64,000 nt of DNA from a virus. Positions 53,195 through 60,958 of the stretch are shown one piece after another. The stretch's first letter is position 1. Every line of letters starts with the position of its first letter. Made by a program: the position numbers and the translations under genes. Under the pieces are notes generated by a model. That model saw nothing but the letters and a program-made list of their open reading frames with translations. It did not search any database and was not told the DNA's origin. The stretch lies in the IMG/VR virus record IMGVR_UViG_3300047160_018755, positions 32,001-96,000 of that record, one strand, 5' to 3'.

Positions 53195-54577
53195 CTACGG
53201 AGTTGGCATGATGCCGCCCATGTAGCCGGTGTCAAAGAGACCGACCGTACTCGTGAGGCCGGCGCTATTCGTCGTCGTCGCGTGGCCGACCTTGATCGGA
53301 TTGGAGAGCGAGGTGGATCCATCCGTCGTCGGCGCCACGGTGTGGTTGTAGACGACGGTCGAGGAGTGAAGCACGTTGAAGAGGTTCGCGGTGTTGCCTT
53401 TGCCCTTGAGAGCCGTGATGGCGATGTTGCTGCCGTAGCTCGCGCTGATGCAGTCGAGCGTGCAGTCGTAGATCGCGACCAGCGTGAATGAGACAGCCGA
53501 CGCTTGAGACGCAGAGATCCCCACGCCTTGGAAGTGGGTAGTCGAAGAACCGCTGCCGGCCAATTGCGACCCACGAGAGATGTTGATAACAATCGACCCG
53601 CTACCGATGAACGCTCCACCAGCGATGGACAAGTTGCCGTTGAAGACGGTTCCCCAGCCGGCAGTGATCCAAGCGCCGCAGTTCCAGAGGACCGCGTTGG
53701 GGATAGTCCTGGTGGTCTGGAAAGCGCAGCGGTCGTAGGCCACCAGGGCCGTCTCCATCTGCGCCAAGCTGGTCGCCGCGGCCGAGTTGTCCGCGCAGAA
53801 CTGGATCGTGATGTGGCTCGTGGTGAGCGTGTTCGAACGATACACGAACGACTGGTCGTAGATCTTCGGCAACTGGGAAACGGTGTACGTGTCGCTAACC
53901 GAAAGCGCAGAGATGGTCCTACCAACCGTCATCGCGTCGCTCATGCGAATCGTGTTTGAACCGAGATCTTTGAGGGCGTACCACCACAACGCTGTCGAAT
54001 TCGTGCGCTGGTAGAGCAAACCGGAAGCCATAAGCCCCGCCGACGTAAACGAAGTGGGGACGCCAGAGTCGGTCATTTGGTTGTCGTCGGACGCAGCAAC
54101 GCTGCCTTGCGTTTGCTGAGCGCGCCCAGTGACCGTGCCCGAGTAGATAACCTTCGGCGTGCCGAGGATCAGGAGGCCATCTGCGACGATCGCACCGGGC
54201 TGGACCATGAAAGTCCAAACGGGCTTGTCGGTGTTCACGCAGTCCGAGAGAAGGTTGACAGTGACAGTGACGCCAGTTGGGATCGTGATCCAGGCGAGAC
54301 GGTTCGCAACCTCCGTCAACGTCTTCAGTGGGGACGAGGAGGTGAGACCGGAGTTGCTGTCGCTTGCGATAGCGTTCTGCGGGTCAACGTACCAGGTGGT
54401 CTGAAGACCCGGCGCCGTACCTTCGCCGAAGGCGGCCCATCCCGTAGGCTTATCAGCGATCTTGATGTAGAGCTTGCCCGTGAGGAACGAGTAGCCCATC
54501 TGACCGATTTGGGCTTGCCAGCCCGTGACAGTTGGGTCGCCCTGGAGGAGGTAGGCGACTGCGTTGTTATCGGCCAT
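53195..54577 (-). CDS. Putative receptor-binding/tail-spike protein, paralog 2
   Basis: First about 100 aa nearly identical to paralog 1; ATG at 54577. Confidence 0.6.
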   Translation of the reverse strand: MADNNAVAYLLQGDPTVTGWQAQIGQMGYSFLTGKLYIKIADKPTGWAAFGEGTAPGLQTTWYVDPQNAIASDSNSGLTSSSPLKTLTEVANRLAWITIPTGVTVTVNLLSDCVNTDKPVWTFMVQPGAIVADGLLILGTPKVIYSGTVTGRAQQTQGSVAASDDNQMTDSGVPTSFTSAGLMASGLLYQRTNSTALWWYALKDLGSNTIRMSDAMTVGRTISALSVSDTYTVSQLPKIYDQSFVYRSNTLTTSHITIQFCADNSAAATSLAQMETALVAYDRCAFQTTRTIPNAVLWNCGAWITAGWGTVFNGNLSIAGGAFIGSGSIVINISRGSQLAGSGSSTTHFQGVGISASQASAVSFTLVAIYDCTLDCISASYGSNIAITALKGKGNTANLFNVLHSSTVVYNHTVAPTTDGSTSLSNPIKVGHATTTNSAGLTSTVGLFDTGYMGGIMPTP

Positions 54578-54648
54578 GCCCAAAAGATTCCGCCTGGGAA
54601 CGGAACAAAACGCTGGACTTTGGCCCCGATCCGGAGTAACCTTTCTGT

Positions 54649-55221
54649 ATGGTCAAGGGCACAAAAGACCCACAGGTTGCGCGCTGGTACGCCATCGCCA
54701 AGCACGGCGATCAGATGTACGGCCAGCAGCCCTACGTCTACCACCTCGACGACTCCGTCCACGAGCTGGTGACCCACGTCATCGACCTGCCGGCGCTGCG
54801 CTACTACGACCACGACGTGATCATCTGCGCGCAGTACCTGCACGACGTCATCGAGGACACCGAGACCACGCGCGAGGACCTGGACGAGCTGTTCGACCCC
54901 CGCATCGGCGTCCTGGTCCAGGCCGTCAGCGACGGTCCGGGCAGGAACCGCAAGGAGCGCAAGGCGGGCGTCTACCAGGCCATCCGCGACACAGGGCCGG
55001 CGGCGCTGGCCGTGAAGCTCGGAGACCGCCTGGGCAACGCCAAGACCGCGGGGCTCGTCAAGGGCACGTCCGACCTGCTCCAGATGTACCGCAAGGAGCA
55101 GGTCACCTTCGAGCAGGAGCTGAGGTGGTCGGAGAATGGCCAGGGCGGCATCTTCAAGCTCAACCTGGAAGGGTTCGACCCGGCCTTCACCAAGATCCGG
55201 GAGTACCTTGGCATCGCGTGA
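54649..55221 (+). CDS. HD-domain (p)ppGpp hydrolase-like protein (SAH/Mesh1 type)
   Basis: KHGDQ...PYVYH, LHDVIEDT, VSD, VKLGDRLGN; promoter TGGACT-17-TAACCT at 54614. Confidence 0.85.
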   Translation: MVKGTKDPQVARWYAIAKHGDQMYGQQPYVYHLDDSVHELVTHVIDLPALRYYDHDVIICAQYLHDVIEDTETTREDLDELFDPRIGVLVQAVSDGPGRNRKERKAGVYQAIRDTGPAALAVKLGDRLGNAKTAGLVKGTSDLLQMYRKEQVTFEQELRWSENGQGGIFKLNLEGFDPAFTKIREYLGIA

Positions 55222-55462
55222 GTACATCACCCTGAGCCGCAAGGACGCTCAGGTCAAGCTCGCCGCGGCGACGGGTGCCACCTACTTCATGCAGGTGACG
55301 GGCCAGTCCTGCCACTACAAGCCCGTGTCCGTGGCGCTGATGGTGCGCGCGTTCGAGCGCGACGACCGGGCCCGGCTGCGCATTCGGCTGTCCGACTCCA
55401 AGCACACCGTGTTCATCGAGAACGGCAAGGATCTCAAGAGTGGATACGAAGTCACGTTCTGA
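55208..55462 (+). CDS. Hypothetical protein
   Basis: Start uncertain. Confidence 0.5.
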   Translation: MASREYITLSRKDAQVKLAAATGATYFMQVTGQSCHYKPVSVALMVRAFERDDRARLRIRLSDSKHTVFIENGKDLKSGYEVTF

Positions 55463-55709
55463 GCGCCGGCTGTTCAAGAACCTGCCGCCCGTGCCGCGGC
55501 AGAAGATCTTGGCCTACCTCCAAAAACCCTCGCGGAAGGCCTGGGAGGAGGTTCGAGACATCCCCGTGAGCTTCGGACAGTCCCTCGAAGACGTCATCAA
55601 TACCCTTGACTTTGCATGGGGAGCGTACTATCCTTCCATGATCCTCGTCGCCCGCGCGTCGCGCGTCATCGATCGACGGAACCAAGACCTCAGCGCACTG
55701 GAGATGTGA
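55440..55709 (+). CDS. Hypothetical protein
   Basis: Co-oriented run. Confidence 0.55.
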   Translation: MDTKSRSERRLFKNLPPVPRQKILAYLQKPSRKAWEEVRDIPVSFGQSLEDVINTLDFAWGAYYPSMILVARASRVIDRRNQDLSALEM

Positions 55710-55710
55710 C

Positions 55711-56013
55711 ATGAGCTGGAAAACTGCCGAGAAGGAAGTTCTGACACGCATCAACAAGTTGCTGGCCGACGCCGGCCTCGACGGCCAGTTCGAGGCGGGA
55801 AGCGTCTACACCAACGACAAAACCGGCTTCGACATCCACCTCGAAAGCAAGGGCTACATGACCCTCAAGTTCTCGCACTTGGACGCGCTCGCCGAGGCGT
55901 TCAAGACGAAGAGGATCAACATCGAGGGCAGCACCCGCCAGACCGGCTACTGCGAAAGCTGCCGCGGCACCGAGGCCGTCATCGAGCTGACCGTCGAGGA
56001 AGCTCAAGTCTGA
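55711..56013 (+). CDS. Hypothetical protein
   Basis: GGAG SD. Confidence 0.65.
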   Translation: MSWKTAEKEVLTRINKLLADAGLDGQFEAGSVYTNDKTGFDIHLESKGYMTLKFSHLDALAEAFKTKRINIEGSTRQTGYCESCRGTEAVIELTVEEAQV

Positions 56014-56219
56014 TGGACGTGGACTGGAAGAAGGTCCTGGAGTGGTACATGTTCCACGTCCTGCACGAGGAGGGGACCACGTACGCTTCGAGCGCCTACG
56101 CCATGAGCTGCATGCCCATGGAGATCCGCATCGCGATCCGTGAGACCCACAACGAGACGATGACCCGCATCGTCAACAACCGCGGCATGATGACCAAGCC
56201 CGACGGAACGGAGTACTGA
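56013..56219 (+). CDS. Hypothetical protein
   Basis: TGATG overlap. Confidence 0.65.
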   Translation: MDVDWKKVLEWYMFHVLHEEGTTYASSAYAMSCMPMEIRIAIRETHNETMTRIVNNRGMMTKPDGTEY

Positions 56220-56500
56220 TGGCCCGCAAGGTCAAAATCCAGGCCGGCGACTGGGTCTTCATGAAGGGCGGCGGCAAGCGCCTCTGGGTGGTCACCGAGA
56301 TCTACGACGACAAGTGGAACAAGGGCCGGTTCGGCGCCACGCTCCACGACGGCTGGGGCATGGGGGGCGCCAACATGAAGATCTCCGAGGTCCGCAAGAT
56401 CGCCAGCCAGCGCGAGTTGCTCGCCTCCGAGAATTTCAAGATCGGCTACCAGCGCTGGCTGCGCGACCACGGCGAGCTGGTCGTCAAGAACGACCGATGA
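56219..56500 (+). CDS. Hypothetical protein
   Basis: TGATG overlap. Confidence 0.65.
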   Translation: MARKVKIQAGDWVFMKGGGKRLWVVTEIYDDKWNKGRFGATLHDGWGMGGANMKISEVRKIASQRELLASENFKIGYQRWLRDHGELVVKNDR

Positions 56501-57045
56501 TCCAGGTCTTCTGCGACGGCAGCATCACTGGCGGCGCGTGGGGGAAGAAGGACGCCAAGGCATCTCTCCCGCACGCGTGGTCCGGCTGGTGGGCCAAGGA
56601 CGAGCACGGCAAGGTGCTCCAGTGGCGCTCGCTCGATCTGGGCGAGGCCGAGTACATGTCCGCCAACGTGGCCGAGTACTTCGCCGTGCGCTCCGCGCTG
56701 ACCTGGCTGTACGGGAGCATCTGGAAGCACCACCAGATCGAGGTGCTCAGCGACTCCCAGGTCGTCATCTACCAGCTGACGGGCAAGCAGAACTGCTACC
56801 ACCCGAAGCTCATGGTCCTGCGCGACACCTGCCGGCGTGTTGCCGGCCACATGAACGTGCGCTTCGTGTGGACCCGCCGCGAGAACAACCGCGAGGCCGA
56901 CGTGCTCTCGAAGGCGCTCCAGATCTGGGGCCGGCAGGCCCAGAACTGGGAGGAGGTGCTGGCCTATCTCCGGAAGAAGCCGAGCGGCCGGGTCAAGAAA
57001 TCGGGCCCACGATCGGCGGTCCCGGAACCGAAATCAGGTGGGTGA
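56497..57045 (+). CDS. rnhA: Ribonuclease HI
   Basis: VFCDGS, NVAEY, SDSQVV, RRENNREADVLS. Confidence 0.9.
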   Translation: MIQVFCDGSITGGAWGKKDAKASLPHAWSGWWAKDEHGKVLQWRSLDLGEAEYMSANVAEYFAVRSALTWLYGSIWKHHQIEVLSDSQVVIYQLTGKQNCYHPKLMVLRDTCRRVAGHMNVRFVWTRRENNREADVLSKALQIWGRQAQNWEEVLAYLRKKPSGRVKKSGPRSAVPEPKSGG

Positions 57046-57532
57046 CGATGACGGTGTGGGTGAAGGCGTCGATGACAGCCGCCACCTGCGCCATGGCCTG
57101 ATCGGCGGGAGCACTGGCCGCGAAGTTGGCGGCCCAAGCTGAGATGAGTGCCGGCGCCAACGTCCCAGTGCCCACCAGGGTGACAATCCCGGGCAGCGCT
57201 GGGGGCGGAGGCGGGGTGCCGGCGGGCGTGAGCGGGAAGGCGACGGGCGGCCCGAACCAGAAGGCCGAGAAGGCCGCGTCGTAGATCTGGGCGGTCGAGG
57301 CCGGTGTCCCGTAAGGGTTGGCGAACACCGGCAGCAGCGTGGCCGCCAGGGCCTCCTCGTTCGCCGTCAGAGGCGCCGGAGAGCAGCCGGCGAGGGAGAT
57401 GGCGTCCTGGGCGTAATCGGCGTAGGCGCGAGCCCAGCGCGCGGCAGACTCGTTCGGGGTCTTGGGGTAGTCGCTACCGTTGCCGGTGATCGCGAGTAGC
57501 CCCTGCTTGAGCTTGGCGGCGAGAAGAGGCAT
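56993..57532 (-). CDS. Tail/baseplate-module hypothetical protein
   Basis: Last gene of minus-strand tail operon; Ala/Pro-rich. Confidence 0.6.
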   Translation of the reverse strand: MPLLAAKLKQGLLAITGNGSDYPKTPNESAARWARAYADYAQDAISLAGCSPAPLTANEEALAATLLPVFANPYGTPASTAQIYDAAFSAFWFGPPVAFPLTPAGTPPPPPALPGIVTLVGTGTLAPALISAWAANFAASAPADQAMAQVAAVIDAFTHTVIVTHLISVPGPPIVGPIS

Positions 57533-57948
57533 CAAGCCTTCTCCAGGTAATCTACCAAACGCCTAACATTTACGAGAGACTCCTTCAGCAAACCGACAGC
57601 CGTATTACACTGCCCGCAAAGAATTCCACGAACCCTGCCTGTCACGTGATCATGGTCAACATGAAAGTGAGACCGACCACGGTGTTTGCTAGGATCCTTC
57701 TCACCACAGACGGCACATCCGTCGCCCTGAGCTGCAAGTCGCTCACGATACTCAGCTAGAGTGATGCCGTAGGTTCTACGAAGATGGTAGTCGTGGATGG
57801 TATCTCGGTTCCTATCTCTCCACTTCTTGTGATAAGCGCGAACCCGATCACGATTCTTCGCGTTCCAAGCATTCTTTTGAGTGCGTTGGCCCACCTTGGA
57901 TTCGGGGTGATCAGCACGATACTGGCGCATATAAGCTGCTCTACTCAC
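57532..57948 (-). CDS. Endonuclease VII-domain (homing-type) endonuclease
   Basis: YGIT..EY..QGDGCAVC...VDHDH.TGRVRGILC..CN; AT-richer than neighbours. Confidence 0.88.
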   Translation of the reverse strand: MSRAAYMRQYRADHPESKVGQRTQKNAWNAKNRDRVRAYHKKWRDRNRDTIHDYHLRRTYGITLAEYRERLAAQGDGCAVCGEKDPSKHRGRSHFHVDHDHVTGRVRGILCGQCNTAVGLLKESLVNVRRLVDYLEKA

Positions 57949-58847
57949 ATTTTCACATATACCACACCCGACAGGATCGAGTCAAGGTTTTGTTGGATCT
58001 GCTGGAACTGGGCCGCGTTGATGGGAGGGCCCGAGGGGCCGACCGCGGTGGGGTGGGTCTGGGCGAGGATGGCCTGGATGAGCTGGTTGAGCAGGTCCTT
58101 CAGCTCGTTCCCGCCCACGGCCGGGTCAGTGGTCTGGTCGTCGCCGAGCTTCACGTCGGGGCAGATCAGGTCCATCTCAGTCTTGGCCGTGAGCTGAACC
58201 TTGCCGTTCACGCGGTCGATGAAGATCTTGTTGTCACCGTTGGCGTCGGAGACGGTGACGTTGCCGTCCTTGTCGATCTTGACGAACGTGCCGGCGGCGT
58301 CCGTGTTGGTGTCCTCAGTCGGATCGCCCGAGAGGTCCGTCGCGCCATTGTAGGTGAGCGTCAGCTCGCCGTCCTTGTTGATGAGCATGTCGATGCCGTT
58401 GAACACCGAGTGCATATGGTGTCCATCATCGATCGTGTCCTTGACGTCAGGCGCATTCGCGTTGCGGACGCCGCCGAGGATGACTGCGTTCTGCGACTCG
58501 CCATTGATGCAGAGGAGAATCACACGCGCGCCCTTACCCGGCGCCGGACGCTTCTGTCCATTCTGTCCCGAGGCGGACGAGTCCGCACGGTACGTGACGT
58601 ACGAGTAGTCCGCGATGCCGGCGAGATTGTCGATGGCGATGCAGTGGTCGTACATCTTCGTGACCGCCGTACCGTTCGCCTTGTGCGCGACCCACACCCG
58701 GTACTCGATGAACCTCTTCGAGACGTTCTCCTGATCCTCGGGGTAGTAGATGTTCTGCACCTCGCCGATGCGGAGCATGACGTTGCCCGAGACGCCGTTG
58801 TCGGGCAGGAAGCCGCCGTCTGCGTGGCCTGGGACTACGGGACGCAT
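57945..58847 (-). CDS. Baseplate central spike (gpV/gp138-like)
   Basis: OB-fold-like N-terminus, beta repeats, C-terminal THPTAVGPSGPP. Confidence 0.7.
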   Translation of the reverse strand: MRPVVPGHADGGFLPDNGVSGNVMLRIGEVQNIYYPEDQENVSKRFIEYRVWVAHKANGTAVTKMYDHCIAIDNLAGIADYSYVTYRADSSASGQNGQKRPAPGKGARVILLCINGESQNAVILGGVRNANAPDVKDTIDDGHHMHSVFNGIDMLINKDGELTLTYNGATDLSGDPTEDTNTDAAGTFVKIDKDGNVTVSDANGDNKIFIDRVNGKVQLTAKTEMDLICPDVKLGDDQTTDPAVGGNELKDLLNQLIQAILAQTHPTAVGPSGPPINAAQFQQIQQNLDSILSGVVYVKM

Positions 58848-60958
58848 TAGAGCAGATCCTTCAGAGCTTCATCGTTGGTGTCAGGCGGTCCGAAGACCTC
58901 ACCCTTCTTGATGGCAGCTTCGGTGTCGTAGTGGTTGAGCGGGGACTTGGTCTGCACGTCAGTGGCGGGCTTCGGATCTTCGGTACGCTCTTTGTGCTTC
59001 GTGATTCCACCCGTCGTACGATCTCCCGTCAGAGTGAGGCCCGGGTCGTACTGGGTGTTGTCGTTGGGGTCGAAGCCCGGGTAGATGGGCTGGAGACCCT
59101 TGCCCAGATCCGACTCGTTGATGGCCGGGTCGACGTCCTGGTCGCGCATGCCGTTGGTGAGGTGGAGGATGGTGCCGAACTGCTTGTTGCCCCCCTCGGT
59201 GTCCATCGAGACGTAGTGGTCCACCTGCATGACGTGGTAGACGACGCCATCGAAGAGAACGTTGTCGCCCTCGGCGACGGGAGCCTGCACGCCGTACAGA
59301 TCGATCATGCCGTTGAGGGTGAGGTGCGAGCCCATCATCCAGTCAGCGACCAGTGCCATCCACTGGCCCGGCACTTTTCCAACAGTGTCGTCGACCCAGC
59401 AGTCGACGTGGCTCACATGTGTGCGGCAGCCGGCGCGGAAGATGTCCACGTCGTCACGGACGGGCGGGTTGATGAGCATCTGGTACTGCTGCGGGGTGCC
59501 GCCGTTCTCCAGGTTCGTCGCCGTGCCGTAGATGTGAACGAAGTTGGTGCGCGTGGCGTTGCTGCGGCCGACGTGCACGTGCTTCACCATCGCCGACGGG
59601 ATGTGCCAGCGCGGTAGATCGAGGAACTTGGTGGTGGCGATCTTGTTGTCGGTGGGAATCAGGAAGCTGTCATGACCCGCGGCGGTAAGCTCGTCGGTGG
59701 TGAGCGTGTTTTTCTTTGCAGGACTCGGGGGGAAGGTGAAAACGTCCGTGGTGAACGGGATCTGACGGAACACGATGGTGGGCACCACCTTGCCCTCGGG
59801 GTTCACCTTCATCGCGGTGTAGATCTCGTTGATGGTGTGGTTCACGTACTGCTGGAGCACGCCCCACAGCGGACGGTTCGCGAAGTCCGGCATGAACGGC
59901 AGGAAGGTGCCGAGGAGCCTGCCGCCTTTCATGATCCTGCGGTTGGGACCGATGGAGTAGTTGAACTCCGGAGTGAACGCCGAAGGTCCGTTCTTGTTGG
60001 CATACGACTGCACGCCCGTCCACAGCTCCAGGATGTCCGCGTAGGACATGAGCCCCTTGCTGGCGACCCGCTTGCCGAGGAGGTTGCCGACGGAGACGGG
60101 CACGAGGTACGAGAACGGCGGATCGTTGTCGCTGGAACGGCCCTTCTCATTCTGGTCCGACAGCTGCGGGGTGGCCGAGATGTTCCCGCCCTCGCCGTCG
60201 AGAGTGATGTCGCCCTTCTTGTCCGGGCCCTTGCCGAGCACCATGTTGAGGAGGATCGGGATGATGTTGTTGATGTTGTTCTGCTCGATACCGTCCTCGG
60301 AGCCGCTGCCGAAGAGCGCGTCCGTGCTGACACCGAAGCGAGCCATCCACCCGAAGTTGCCGCCCTGGGCATCCGACGTGGCGAGAGCGTAGTCGTAGTA
60401 CATGTACGTGTTCAGCTCAGAGAACCCCGTGCACTTCAGGTTGTAGTTGGAGATCTTGGTGCCGACCTTGGGGATGACCGTGGTGTCCTTGTAGATGTCA
60501 TCCACGCGCCCGACGAACTTGAGGCCGTCGTTGAAGTTGTTGCACGAGTCCGTCGTGTTGGCGCCCGAGGCGACCGGGCCAATGCGACTGAGCAGGTCCT
60601 CGAAGTCGGTCCGGTTGTTCACCATCCACGCCATCACCCAGTCGCCGGGGATGATCTCGATGAGGTAGTTGATGTCCGCCTGCTTGAGCGTGGCGTTCAT
60701 CGATTTCGTCTCGGCGTTCTTGCTCATCGTGACGTTCATCGACAAGCAGTCGCTGGTGATCACCAACGGCTCGTCGGCGCGGAGCAGAGCGCCAGCACTG
60801 AGGTCGGTGGAGTCGGATTTCATCTTCTTACGGTTGAACGACAGAGGCTCACCGAGGCGGATGATGGCGATGACCCAGTACGGGTCCATCTCCAACAGAT
60901 CTGCGCCCGGGTCGACTCCGAAGTCAGCGGAGAGCGGGTAGATTCCTGCGCGCGGCAT
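58847..60958 (-). CDS. Baseplate hub-like protein
   Basis: Position between tape measure and spike; FVGRVDDI...L.C.GF. Confidence 0.55.
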   Translation of the reverse strand: MPRAGIYPLSADFGVDPGADLLEMDPYWVIAIIRLGEPLSFNRKKMKSDSTDLSAGALLRADEPLVITSDCLSMNVTMSKNAETKSMNATLKQADINYLIEIIPGDWVMAWMVNNRTDFEDLLSRIGPVASGANTTDSCNNFNDGLKFVGRVDDIYKDTTVIPKVGTKISNYNLKCTGFSELNTYMYYDYALATSDAQGGNFGWMARFGVSTDALFGSGSEDGIEQNNINNIIPILLNMVLGKGPDKKGDITLDGEGGNISATPQLSDQNEKGRSSDNDPPFSYLVPVSVGNLLGKRVASKGLMSYADILELWTGVQSYANKNGPSAFTPEFNYSIGPNRRIMKGGRLLGTFLPFMPDFANRPLWGVLQQYVNHTINEIYTAMKVNPEGKVVPTIVFRQIPFTTDVFTFPPSPAKKNTLTTDELTAAGHDSFLIPTDNKIATTKFLDLPRWHIPSAMVKHVHVGRSNATRTNFVHIYGTATNLENGGTPQQYQMLINPPVRDDVDIFRAGCRTHVSHVDCWVDDTVGKVPGQWMALVADWMMGSHLTLNGMIDLYGVQAPVAEGDNVLFDGVVYHVMQVDHYVSMDTEGGNKQFGTILHLTNGMRDQDVDPAINESDLGKGLQPIYPGFDPNDNTQYDPGLTLTGDRTTGGITKHKERTEDPKPATDVQTKSPLNHYDTEAAIKKGEVFGPPDTNDEALKDLL

